A stretch of DNA of 37,559 nt from an uncultured Phycisphaerales bacterium. Its GTDB lineage: Bacteria > Planctomycetota > Phycisphaerae > Phycisphaerales > SM1A02. The notes beneath the pieces are model-generated. The model made no database searches, had not been told where the DNA came from, and was given only the letters and a program-made list of their open reading frames with translations. The position numbers and the translations under genes are program-made. This document shows positions 27,210 to 36,344 of this stretch, one piece after another; positions within the stretch are counted from its first letter, which is position 1; each line of letters opens with the position of its first letter. Location of the stretch: NCBI GenBank assembly GCA_938084645.1, contig CALKEP010000003.1, forward strand, positions 1-37,559, in the 5' to 3' direction.

Positions 27210-28169
27210 ATGTCTCGATCGGAACCAGTCAGATTCGGCGTCGTCATCCCCGCATTCCGGGCGCTGGAGACGATCTCGCAGGCGCTCGATGCGGTTGCGT
27301 TGCAGACGCATCCACCGGTGGCGGTGGTCGTCGTGATCGACGGCCCGGATCCCGAGCTCGAGTCCGTCGTCACCGAACACCGAGTGAACCCCGGCGTGAT
27401 CGTGCTTCCCGAGAACACCGGAGGTCCGGCGACGCCACGGAACGTCGGTGCGGCGTGGATGACCGATCGACATGAAGTCGATGCCATCTGGTTTCTCGAT
27501 AGCGATGATCTTCCGTTTGCTGATTTTCTCAGGACCATGAACGGTCTCTTGCAGCCGCACCCGAACACGATGCTCGCTTGTTCATCGTTTCTCAACTGGA
27601 ATGACGGCTCGCCTCGTGGTGTCGAAGAACCCGGTCCGACCGAACCGGTCGCCTCGGCGGAGATCGAATTGGATTGGTACCTCAAGAACACCGGTGCCGT
27701 GCTCCCGAGTTTTTCCGTCTTTCGAATCGCGGCGCTCGACCTGCTTGAGCGCGACGGTGGTCGATTTCGTCCTGAACTCACGAACAATCAGGACTACGAG
27801 GTGTTTATCCGGCTGATCCACCTCGCGGAGTGTCGACGCACCGACTGGTGCGGTGGCGATTATCGAATCATCGATTCAAGCCTCTCCTCGAACGGGGGTC
27901 GCGCGTGGTCCTGCCGGGAACGTGCGGATCGGATGCTCGGAGACTGGTTCGATTCGAAATCACTCGGGAGGATCGGCCACGATTTTCGCCGGCGATCTCG
28001 ATCCGCCGGTCGCCGCGCCGCACGCGAGCGATGGCACGCGGGACATCGGCTCGCGGCCGCGAGGGATCTTCTGCGACGGTCTCTCCTCGGGCTCGATCTC
28101 AGATCCGCCGCCGTGCTCGCTCAGTTGACCTGCGGGCTCGATCGACGATCGGAACGTGGAGGCGGTTGA
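27210..28169 (+). CDS. Glycosyltransferase family 2
   Basis: VVIPAF, VVVIDG, GGPATPRNVG, FLDSDD (DxD), QDYE. Confidence 0.88.
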   Translation: MSRSEPVRFGVVIPAFRALETISQALDAVALQTHPPVAVVVVIDGPDPELESVVTEHRVNPGVIVLPENTGGPATPRNVGAAWMTDRHEVDAIWFLDSDDLPFADFLRTMNGLLQPHPNTMLACSSFLNWNDGSPRGVEEPGPTEPVASAEIELDWYLKNTGAVLPSFSVFRIAALDLLERDGGRFRPELTNNQDYEVFIRLIHLAECRRTDWCGGDYRIIDSSLSSNGGRAWSCRERADRMLGDWFDSKSLGRIGHDFRRRSRSAGRRAARERWHAGHRLAAARDLLRRSLLGLDLRSAAVLAQLTCGLDRRSERGGG

Positions 28170-28183
28170 TGGTTCCGGATGTG

Positions 28184-28214
28184 AAACGGCCTCCGTCATC
28201 GACGGAGGCCGTTT
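28184..28214. terminator. Bidirectional intrinsic terminator
   Basis: Perfect 14-bp inverted repeat AAACGGCCTCCGTC-atc-GACGGAGGCCGTTT between convergent GT2 and dehydrogenase genes. Confidence 0.85.
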
Positions 28215-28239
28215 TGATTCACACGGAATGCCAGTCCTT

Positions 28240-29298
28240 TCAGGCGGTCGCCGTCGACCTGCCCGCATCGATCCGTTCGCGGGCGTAGGCGACGGCCGCG
28301 TCGTAGGCACTGGCGTGACTCGCGGTCCGTCGAAGGACTTCGAGGGTCGTTTCCTCGATCCGGTCCACCTTCTCGTCGACCTGTGCCTCGGTCAGCCCGA
28401 GATAGAGTCCCGCCAGGCGGATCACGCCTCCGGCGTTCGCCACGAAGTCGGGGGCGTAGACGATGCCTCGGTCCTTCAGGAGCTGTCCGTCGGCTTCCGG
28501 TTCGGCGAGGATGTTGTTCGCGGTGCCGCAGACGATCGGTGCGGAGAGCGTCGCGATGTTCTTCGCGTCGAGCACCGCGCCGAGCGCGCAGGGTGCGAGG
28601 ATGTCGATCTCGGGCAGGGTGAAGAGATCCTCATCGTCGCCGAGCACCCGGACGCCGAGCTCGTCCTGAGCCTGTCGGATCGCGTGCGGGTTGACGTCGG
28701 TGGCGACGACCTCGCCGCCCGCTTCGCGGACGAATCGGGCAAGCTTGAATCCGGTCGCCCCGAGCCCCTGGATCCCGACCGTGATGCCGTGGAAGTCGAT
28801 CGGACGCCCGGCGAAGGCGAGACACGCCTTCATCGCGTTGAAGCAGCCGAGGCTGGTGAAGGGCGAGGGATCGCCGCCGTGACCCTCGTCGCCCATGACG
28901 TGGGCGGTCTCGTCGTGCATCCACGCGCAGAACTGCGGGCTCACGCCCACGTCCTCGGCGGCGATGTACGCGCCCTCCATCGTGTCGACGAAGCGACCCA
29001 TCGCGCGAGCCTGTGCTTCGGTCCCCTCCTGGCCGGGCGTGTCGAGCAGGATGACGCTCTTCGCACCGCCCATCGCGAGGTCCGCGGCCGCCGCCTTGTA
29101 CGTCATGCCTTCGGAGAGTCGGAGGACGTCCATGATGGCGTCCGCCTCGCTGCCGTAGCACCACCGACGCGTCCCGCCGAGGGCGTTCCCCAGCGTGGTG
29201 TCGTGGATCGCGATGACGGCGCGAAGGCCGCTCTCGGGATCCTGATGGAAGGCCACCCGTTCGTGGCCCATGACGGTCATGTTCTGAAGAAGCTTCAT
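28240..29298 (-). CDS. Glu/Leu/Phe/Val dehydrogenase (leucine dehydrogenase-like)
   Basis: IAIHDTTLGNALGGTR, LSEGMTYK, GGAKSV, AEDVG, GDPSPFT, QGLGATG, APCALG, APDFVANAGG; start ATG 29298. Confidence 0.93.
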   Translation of the reverse strand: MKLLQNMTVMGHERVAFHQDPESGLRAVIAIHDTTLGNALGGTRRWCYGSEADAIMDVLRLSEGMTYKAAAADLAMGGAKSVILLDTPGQEGTEAQARAMGRFVDTMEGAYIAAEDVGVSPQFCAWMHDETAHVMGDEGHGGDPSPFTSLGCFNAMKACLAFAGRPIDFHGITVGIQGLGATGFKLARFVREAGGEVVATDVNPHAIRQAQDELGVRVLGDDEDLFTLPEIDILAPCALGAVLDAKNIATLSAPIVCGTANNILAEPEADGQLLKDRGIVYAPDFVANAGGVIRLAGLYLGLTEAQVDEKVDRIEETTLEVLRRTASHASAYDAAVAYARERIDAGRSTATA

Positions 29299-29342
29299 CG
29301 CTGCTGTCCTCCTGTTGGCCGCTCGGGCCGTGGCTCCGTTCC

Positions 29343-31286
29343 TCAGACCTTCTCCCCGCTGAACGCGGACCCCTCGCCGAACTGCTGGATCTGGCTCTGA
29401 TCGGCGTGGAAGCCATGTCCGTCCCGACCCTTGGCGTCCGCGACGGGACTGGTCTCCGGCGTCACGTAATCGTCGGTCGGGTACTGGTCGATCCACGCGA
29501 GGACGCTGAGCCCGGCGCGGCGGGTCGTCGCGTCGTCATTGCTGCGAAGACATCGCATCGCGTCGGCGAACGCGGCGTTCCCGCGGGCACACAGGTGCTC
29601 GATGATCTTCATCTCGTGTTCGAGGGCGGCGCCGTCGAGCCCCTTCCTCAGGTTCGAATCGAACTTGGAGAGGGAGCAGATCATCGCATGGATCCAGAGG
29701 GCGCCGAGCGAGAGCCGTTCCTGGATGAACTGGTTCGTGATCAGCGACTCCTCGTGCTCCTTGAACATCATCTTCACCTGATGACTGAACTCCCGGATCC
29801 GGAGCATGCATTCCTCGACGAGGTGCATGATCCGGTCGTGGGCCTTCCCGGCTCTCGGCGCCGCGGGCCGGATCCCGAGGAACAGCTGCGAGGCGATGCG
29901 GAGCCCGGCGCCGACGTTGCGGGTCGGGTTGTTCTTGACCGAGAGCATCCACTCGCCCAACTGCTTCGAGCCGTAGGCGAAGACGAAGGAGTGCATGACC
30001 TCGTTCGCACCCTCGACGATGGTGTTGATCCGGCTGTCCCGCCACATCCGTTCGACGCGATTCTCGGTCATGTACGACTCCCCGCCCATGATCTGCAGGC
30101 AGTCGTTCACGGTCTGATATCCCCACTCGGAGCAGAAGACCTTGCACATCGCGGTCTCGAGCATGATGTCCTCGTCATGCCGATCGAGGAACCCGGTGGT
30201 CATGTAGAGCATCGAGTCCATCGCATAGACCCACGCCGCCATGTCCGCGAGTTTGCGCTGCACCAGTTCGAAGTCGCCGAGCGAACGGTCGAACTGGTAC
30301 CGGTACTTCGCCCACTTGGCGGCCTGTTCGAGGCTGAACCGGGCGGCACCGACCATGCCCGCGGAAAGCGTGCATCGGCCGTAGTTGAGGCAGGTCAGCG
30401 CGACGTTCAGTCCGCGTCCCTCCTTGTGGAGGAGATTCTCGACGGGGACCTTGACGTCCTTGAGCCGGATCCTCGCCTGCCAGGTGCCTCGGATGCCGCA
30501 CTTGGAACGGTTGCGACTGTAGATGTCGACGCCTTCCATGTCCGGCGTGCAGATCAGGGCGGTCACCTTGTCCTTGGTCTCGCCGCTCTTCGGATCGACG
30601 ATCCGATGCTTCGCCATCACGGTGAAGAGACCGGAGAGGGCGCCGGACGTCGCCCACTTCTTCTCGCCGTTGAGGATGTAGTGGGTGCCGTCCTCGCTCA
30701 GTTCGCAGCGGGTCTCCTGTCCACCCGCGTCGCAGCCGACGTTCGGCTCGGAGAGGCAGAATGCGCTCAGCGTGTCCTTCGCCATTCGGGGGAGGAAACG
30801 GGTCTTCTGCTCGTCGTTTCCGAAGAGCATCAAGGCCTTGCATCCGATCGACTGGTGGGCCGAGACGAGGACCGCGGTCGACCCGCAGGATCGCCCGATG
30901 CGTTCCAGGACGCGGTTGTAGCTCGTGATGCCGAGTCCGAGCCCGCCGAACTCGGCGGGAATCGTCATCCCGAGGACGCCGATCTCGAAGAGCCGCTTGA
31001 TCGCCCAATCGGGGATCTCCTGCTCCCGGTCGATCTCGATCGCGGGATGCTCGTTCTTCATGTAGTCGTCGAGCGCCGCGAGCAGCTGATCGCACTTCGC
31101 GGTCTCCTCCGCCGACACTTCGGGATACGGGAAGACCAGGTTCTCCCGGAAGTTGCCCCAGAACATGTTCTTGACGAACCCCATCATCTCGGGATCGGCG
31201 CCGAACATCTCCTGAGCCTGTTCGATCTGCTTGCGATCGCGTTCGGAGACGTTCTTGAGGTCCTTGGCGAGGTCGGGAGAAGCCAT
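29343..31286 (-). CDS. Acyl-CoA dehydrogenase (long, ACADVL-like)
   Basis: AHQSIG, AFCLSEPNVGCD, LNGEKKW, K.GIRG, LNYGR, RYQF, QIMGG, IVEGANE; start ATG 31286. Confidence 0.93.
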   Translation of the reverse strand: MASPDLAKDLKNVSERDRKQIEQAQEMFGADPEMMGFVKNMFWGNFRENLVFPYPEVSAEETAKCDQLLAALDDYMKNEHPAIEIDREQEIPDWAIKRLFEIGVLGMTIPAEFGGLGLGITSYNRVLERIGRSCGSTAVLVSAHQSIGCKALMLFGNDEQKTRFLPRMAKDTLSAFCLSEPNVGCDAGGQETRCELSEDGTHYILNGEKKWATSGALSGLFTVMAKHRIVDPKSGETKDKVTALICTPDMEGVDIYSRNRSKCGIRGTWQARIRLKDVKVPVENLLHKEGRGLNVALTCLNYGRCTLSAGMVGAARFSLEQAAKWAKYRYQFDRSLGDFELVQRKLADMAAWVYAMDSMLYMTTGFLDRHDEDIMLETAMCKVFCSEWGYQTVNDCLQIMGGESYMTENRVERMWRDSRINTIVEGANEVMHSFVFAYGSKQLGEWMLSVKNNPTRNVGAGLRIASQLFLGIRPAAPRAGKAHDRIMHLVEECMLRIREFSHQVKMMFKEHEESLITNQFIQERLSLGALWIHAMICSLSKFDSNLRKGLDGAALEHEMKIIEHLCARGNAAFADAMRCLRSNDDATTRRAGLSVLAWIDQYPTDDYVTPETSPVADAKGRDGHGFHADQSQIQQFGEGSAFSGEKV

Positions 31287-31390
31287 CGTGTTCACTCCAG
31301 GTCGGGCTTGGGTGTCGGGGTGGACGCCGCGGGGGCGTGGTTCGAAGAAAGGCACCGCCGGTCCGTGGCGGGATTCCGAAGGGGATCGGG

Positions 31391-32290
31391 TCAGGCCTTC
31401 GAGAGAAAGGCCTCGAGTCGCGTACGTGCGGTGTCGGTGTGTCGAAGTCCGGTCAGCAGTCGGCGTTCGGCGGCGATCGCCTCGTTCCACCCGTCGGCGA
31501 GTCCGACGCGGATGGCCTCGAAGACGGCGGTGGATGCATCTTCGGTGTCGACTGCGGCGATCGCGGAGTCGAGTCCTCCGGCGATCGCCTCGCGGTTGGA
31601 GTCGTTGATCGATCGAGGCGCGGCGTGGGCGATCCGGTCCTGTTCGGCGCCGCGATGTTCGCGGATCCAGGTGTAGGCTGCGGTTCGCAGATCCCGGGCG
31701 GGCACCATCAGGTCGAGCAGTCCTTCAGGGGCATCCGTCGACTTGAAGGTCAGGCCCGTGGCGGTCGCCTGGATCGCGACCGCGGGATCGATCCGTGCCG
31801 GAAGCATCTGGGTGCCGCCCCAGCCGGGGCAGAGCCCGAGTCCTGCTTCGGGCAGTCCGATCCGCCACGGCTTCTCATCGGTGCCCACCACGGTTCCCAC
31901 GAGCGCGTCGCAGTGCATCGCGATCTCGAGACCGCCGCCGAGGGCGGCACCGTTGATCGCGGCGACGGTGGGACAGGCCAGGGAGGCGATTCGCTGGTAG
32001 GCGGCGGCGCCCTTCTCGAGATAGGCGAGCAGCGCCTCGTCATCGAGGGCGTCGATCTCGGCGAGATCCGCACCGGCCACGAACACCCGATCGCTGTCGC
32101 TCGCGAGGACGAAACCGGTGGGCGTCGGTCCGGCCGCGATCTCGGTCATGGTGGCGTCGATCGCGTCGAGCAGCCAGGCGTCCAGCACGACCACGCCGCC
32201 ACGCGGCTTCGCGGGGTTCGGAGTCAGCCGGAGGATGGTGATGCCGTCCTCGGTGCGGTCGACGGGAAGAATGGTGTCGGTGGTGGTCAT
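31391..32290 (-). CDS. Enoyl-CoA hydratase/isomerase (resembles a stand-alone FadB/FadJ N-terminal domain)
   Basis: FVAGADL, AINGAALGGGLE, GLPEAGLGLCPGWGGTQ; both catalytic Glu present. Confidence 0.92.
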   Translation of the reverse strand: MTTTDTILPVDRTEDGITILRLTPNPAKPRGGVVVLDAWLLDAIDATMTEIAAGPTPTGFVLASDSDRVFVAGADLAEIDALDDEALLAYLEKGAAAYQRIASLACPTVAAINGAALGGGLEIAMHCDALVGTVVGTDEKPWRIGLPEAGLGLCPGWGGTQMLPARIDPAVAIQATATGLTFKSTDAPEGLLDLMVPARDLRTAAYTWIREHRGAEQDRIAHAAPRSINDSNREAIAGGLDSAIAAVDTEDASTAVFEAIRVGLADGWNEAIAAERRLLTGLRHTDTARTRLEAFLSKA

Positions 32291-32500
32291 GTCGGCGATG
32301 ATCCCGTGGCCACTCGCGGGATGCGGGCGGTGGGTTCCGGCGGTGAGCGGACGGAGCGCGGTCGAAAGGGGGGCGGGCGTCGAATCTTGCCGGTACCTGG
32401 CACCGGGTGTAACGCGTTCGTCATGATAGCCGATCTCGATGTCTGTTTATCGCCGAAACCTGCGGCTGGAACGCCCGGGGACGGGGCTCGGAATCGACCG

Positions 32501-32581
32501 GATTCGGGATCGCTCCGCTTCACCTCGGCCTGCACGGGCCAGGCGTCGCTCTCGGGGCCGCACGCTTCGTTATCAGACCCT
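32501..32581. repeat. Possible half of a MITE/REP-like palindromic element
   Basis: GGGATCGCTCCGCTTCACCTCGGCCTGCACGGGCCAGGCGTCGC...CTTCGTTATCAGACCCT looks to me like one arm and terminal repeat of intergenic MITEs; recognised from memory, no second arm or copy seen. Confidence 0.25.
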
Positions 32582-32630
32582 TGAGGCCACTTGGATGGCG
32601 GTGGCGTGAGGATCCGCGGGATTCGATCGC

Positions 32631-33776
32631 TCAACCCGGGTTCGACGCCGGGATCGCGGGGAGTTCCAACGTCCTCACCTCGAGGATGCCGCGGCTCGGC
32701 GAGGCGAGGACCGCGAGCACGCCGCCCCGATTCCCGAAGTACGGGGCGACGTGTTCGGCGACCATCCGGTCGCCGACCGGCCAACGTCGCTGGCTCGACC
32801 GATGGTTGTGGCCGGCCAGAAAGACCGCTTCGTCGCGTCGCGCGATCATGTCGAGGAGACGCTGCTTTCGCATGGCCGGCGTGGTGTCGGTGGTGTCATA
32901 GTCGTCCCACCAGCCGTCACTCGTGCTCAGGGGATAGTGCTGCACGAAGATGGCGGGCCGAGAGGCACCTTCCGCGAGCAGTGATTCCATCGCTTCGATC
33001 TGCGGTTCGGCGGTCACGAACGTCTGGCATCCTGCGCCGCCGGCGAGAGGATTGCAGGTGATCGGCCATCCCGCGGGATACTCGTACGAGGGCTGGTAGA
33101 GGAACGTGTTGAAATTGACGATGTCCACGCCCCGGTAGGTCGCGTGGAAGGTCACCGGCCCGTGGTCGGCGGTCGGCCCGACCTCCCGGTAGGCGAGGTC
33201 CGATGCGATTTCGGCGGAGCGGCGGTAGGTCTCGCGGGTGAAGGCGGTGGTCGATTCGTTCGAACGATGTCCGGCGAACGAGTAGCTCGGGCTGTCGCCC
33301 CAGGACTCGGGTTCCCAATCGTGGTTTCCAAAACCCGCGAGGACCGGAACACCGGCGTCGAAGAACGGCTCCCAGATCGGCATGTCGAGTTCGATCGAGG
33401 TCTGGCGGTCCTTGCTGATGTCGCCACCGATGATCACCAGCGCGGGATCGATCTCATGGGTTCGACCGTCACCGATCCGGAACCATTCGTGCCGCGTCTC
33501 GCCGAGCGCCAGCAGTCGTTCGACGTATTCCCCGAGTTCCTCCGCGGTGTTCCCCCGCATGCGGGCCTCGGGGTCGCCGATGAAGATCACCGTGAACGCA
33601 TCGTCGTCGGGGTTCCGCTCGACGATCTCGGACGGGATCGTCTCCTGACTGCGAAGCGCCGGACGAGCGGTGGCGCACGCGGTCACGATCAGACCGATCG
33701 GCACCCCCAGCAGGACGACGGGCAACGCGATCGCCATCACTCCGTGGATTCGGCGGCCTCGACGGCGAATCGTCAT
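32631..33776 (-). CDS. Calcineurin-like metallophosphoesterase, probably an exported lipoprotein
   Basis: FIGDPE, GGDIS, GNHD, QHYP, AGHNH; Arg-rich N-terminus, hydrophobic stretch and VTAC lipobox; ATGA overlap with the upstream gene. Confidence 0.85.
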   Translation of the reverse strand: MTIRRRGRRIHGVMAIALPVVLLGVPIGLIVTACATARPALRSQETIPSEIVERNPDDDAFTVIFIGDPEARMRGNTAEELGEYVERLLALGETRHEWFRIGDGRTHEIDPALVIIGGDISKDRQTSIELDMPIWEPFFDAGVPVLAGFGNHDWEPESWGDSPSYSFAGHRSNESTTAFTRETYRRSAEIASDLAYREVGPTADHGPVTFHATYRGVDIVNFNTFLYQPSYEYPAGWPITCNPLAGGAGCQTFVTAEPQIEAMESLLAEGASRPAIFVQHYPLSTSDGWWDDYDTTDTTPAMRKQRLLDMIARRDEAVFLAGHNHRSSQRRWPVGDRMVAEHVAPYFGNRGGVLAVLASPSRGILEVRTLELPAIPASNPG

Positions 33777-34549
33777 CGCTTGAAGAGCGTCCGCAGCCGG
33801 GCCTGGGCGTCCTCGGTCTGGATGAGTTCGGCGGAGATCTCCGCGCCCTTCGAGAGCTGGGCGTCATCGAGCGAGCCGTCGAGTTCGTTGAGCCACTGCT
33901 TGGTGGCGGCGATCGCTTCGGGCCCGCCCTTGGTCAGGCGCTCCGCGAACGCGGTGGTCGCGGATTCCAGCTCGTCCATCGGCACCAGATGCGTCGCGAG
34001 GCCGGCGGCGAATCCGGCTTCACCGCCCATGGTGCCGCCCGCGAGGAGCATGGCTCGCGCCCGACCGGCGCCGATCCGCTTCACGAGGAAGGGGGCGACG
34101 ACCGCGGGGCAGATCCCGAGGTCGACTTCGGGGTAGCCGAGCTTCGCTTCGGGATGGGTGAAGGAGAAGTCGCAGACCACCATCAATCCGCATCCGCCGC
34201 CGATCGCGGCGCCCTGCACGCGGGCGATGGTCGGGACGTCGAGTCGACGGATCCGTCGGCTGACCGCGGCGAGCCGACGAAGCATGTCGCCCATCAGGAT
34301 CGGGTCGTCCTGCACCGCCTTGAGGTCCATGCCGGCGCAGAAGCCCTTGCCCGCCCCGGCCAGCACCATCACCCGGACATCGTCGAGCCCCGACTCGATC
34401 TTCGCGAGGGCTTCCTCCATCGCCGCGATCATTTCCAGGGAGAGGGCGTTCCGGGCGTCCGGTCGGTTGAGGGTGAGGGTCGCGACGGCGCCGTCGGTGG
34501 CGAGCGTGACGAGTTCGGTGTCGAGTGCGATGGTGTTCATGCCGGCCAT
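33773..34549 (-). CDS. Enoyl-CoA hydratase, methylglutaconyl-CoA hydratase (LiuC)-like
   Basis: LNRPDARNAL, FCAGMDL, GAAIGGGCGL, YPEVDLGICPAVV; GGAGG upstream; start ATG 34549 or 34540. Confidence 0.88.
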   Translation of the reverse strand: MAGMNTIALDTELVTLATDGAVATLTLNRPDARNALSLEMIAAMEEALAKIESGLDDVRVMVLAGAGKGFCAGMDLKAVQDDPILMGDMLRRLAAVSRRIRRLDVPTIARVQGAAIGGGCGLMVVCDFSFTHPEAKLGYPEVDLGICPAVVAPFLVKRIGAGRARAMLLAGGTMGGEAGFAAGLATHLVPMDELESATTAFAERLTKGGPEAIAATKQWLNELDGSLDDAQLSKGAEISAELIQTEDAQARLRTLFKR

Positions 34550-34616
34550 TGGATCGACTTCCTCCCGGGGAGGCAAGCGGTGGACGGCCGGAACACGGAT
34601 CACGGACCAGTCCGAT

Positions 34617-35426
34617 TCAGCCCCAGATCCGTCGGCCGCACTCGCTGCACCGCTTCGGAAAGCGGACGCCGCTCAAGTCGTAACCGCAGAACGGACATCG
34701 GCCGTCTCGAAGTTTTCCGACCATGCTTCGCCGGCGCCATCGTTGCGCGAGCCACGCGCCCGACTGGATCCCGCGCACGGCGATGATGCTCGAGACGAAG
34801 AGCAGCAGCCAGAGCGTCGCGGCGACCGCGAGCGTCGCGGACCAGGATCGCGTGGTGGTGGTCGCGCGCGATCGCACGTCGTCGACCAGATCGCGTCGTC
34901 GTTCGGTCGTCATCACGTCCAGCGACACGTCGAGTCCGTCGAAGAGATCGACGTCCGTCGCGTCGCGGAGTGCCAGCAGGCCGCGCGCTGCGTCGGGATG
35001 GGCGAGATCGACGACCACGTCCGGATCGGCGAGCGGCACGGTGGGCAGTTCCAACGGTGCCACGGTGGTGCGACTCGCGAAGGGCCATCCGTGCTCGATC
35101 GTTCGACGGCGAATCTCCACCGTCGCGAGGGGGCTTCCGAACGGCCAGGGGACGCCCGCTGGATCATCACGGAGGATCACCCCTCGGAGGGGGGTTCCTC
35201 GGTCGTCCCGACCCAGTCGGACCGTCGCGAGGGTCTCGGTGGAGACGCGCGACACGTTCGCGTCGAGGGTGAACGCGAGCACGAAGCCCAGAGGAAGGGA
35301 GAGCAGGAGACACCAGTCGACCGCCCGTGTCCACGGGGTTCGGTTGCGCGTCGCCGATTGGCGCTCGATGCGCTGCAGTCGGCGACGGATGATCGTGATC
35401 GGATTCCAGGTGCGCCGCCGTGCCAT
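34617..35426 (-). CDS. Hypothetical two-TM membrane protein with C-terminal zinc ribbon
   Basis: Two hydrophobic segments, HGWPF motif, C-terminal CPFCGYDLSG...CSECG. Confidence 0.8.
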   Translation of the reverse strand: MARRRTWNPITIIRRRLQRIERQSATRNRTPWTRAVDWCLLLSLPLGFVLAFTLDANVSRVSTETLATVRLGRDDRGTPLRGVILRDDPAGVPWPFGSPLATVEIRRRTIEHGWPFASRTTVAPLELPTVPLADPDVVVDLAHPDAARGLLALRDATDVDLFDGLDVSLDVMTTERRRDLVDDVRSRATTTTRSWSATLAVAATLWLLLFVSSIIAVRGIQSGAWLAQRWRRRSMVGKLRDGRCPFCGYDLSGVRFPKRCSECGRRIWG

Positions 35427-35549
35427 CCTGCGCTCTTCATCGGCCGTCGATCGTCGAGACCCGTCGTCTCGAACCGGACGAGATCATCCCAGATTCACGT
35501 CGTCCCGAGCGGATCGCGACGACGTGGGTCTTCGAGACGGGGGGTCGAT

Positions 35550-36344
35550 TCAGCCCCGATCTCCGGCGGCACGCTTCTTCGCCATCACCGCGTCGATCCT
35601 CGTCTGGAACTCGGCGGAATCCGCCGTCGCGAGGCTGGCCGCGAGTGATCTTGCGAACACCCTCGTATCGATGGTGCCGTCGAGTTCGTTCTGGAAGCGC
35701 TTGGTGGCCCGGAGCGTCGTCGCGTCCATCGCGGCGAGTCGATCGCACAGGGTGGCGACCGCATCTTCGAGGGTCCCGCGATCGGCATGCGCCGCCGCGG
35801 CGAGACCGATCTCGACCGCGGTCTCGGCATCGAGGAACTCCCCGGAAAGAGTCAGGGCTCGCGCTGCGCCCGGGGACGTGCCCGGAACGAGGGTCGCGAG
35901 ACTCACCGCGGGCGAGATGCCGAGGCGGTGGACCGGATACCCGAATGCGGCATCCGGACCGGCGTGGACGATGTCGCACGCGGACACCAGCGCGCATCCG
36001 CCGGCGAGCGCGGGGCCGTGGACTTCGGCGACGACCACCGCGCCGAGATGCCGAAGCCGTCGGCAGATGGCGCCGAGGCGTTCGAGGAAGGACGGCAGCG
36101 CGCCGTCCGCCATGGCGTCGAGGTCGAAGCCGGCGCAGAACGCAGGGCCTTCGCCGCGGATGCACAGGACGTGGCAGGATTCCGAATCGGTCGCCGAATC
36201 CACCTGATCGAGACATCGCTCGAGATCATCGAAGAGATCGTGGGACATGGCGTTCCGCCGATCGGGGTCGTTCAGGACGATGGTCGCGATCGGTGCGTCG
36301 AAGCGGATGACCACTCTGGCGGACGTGTCGGGGTTCTCGGGCAT
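35550..36344 (-). CDS. Crotonase-superfamily protein (enoyl-CoA hydratase/isomerase-like, canonical Glu residues absent)
   Basis: LNDPDRRNAM, FCAGFDL, VHGPALAGGCAL, FGYPVHRLGISPA. Confidence 0.88.
   Translation of the reverse strand: MPENPDTSARVVIRFDAPIATIVLNDPDRRNAMSHDLFDDLERCLDQVDSATDSESCHVLCIRGEGPAFCAGFDLDAMADGALPSFLERLGAICRRLRHLGAVVVAEVHGPALAGGCALVSACDIVHAGPDAAFGYPVHRLGISPAVSLATLVPGTSPGAARALTLSGEFLDAETAVEIGLAAAAHADRGTLEDAVATLCDRLAAMDATTLRATKRFQNELDGTIDTRVFARSLAASLATADSAEFQTRIDAVMAKKRAAGDRG

Noticed and set aside
29406..31676. Long antisense ORFs (also 24559..25968, 18740..20056, 28156..29400, 5887..6924, 34158..35648)
   Set aside because: They mirror well-supported genes on the opposite strand, have no recognisable motifs, and are expected in high-GC DNA with biased codon usage
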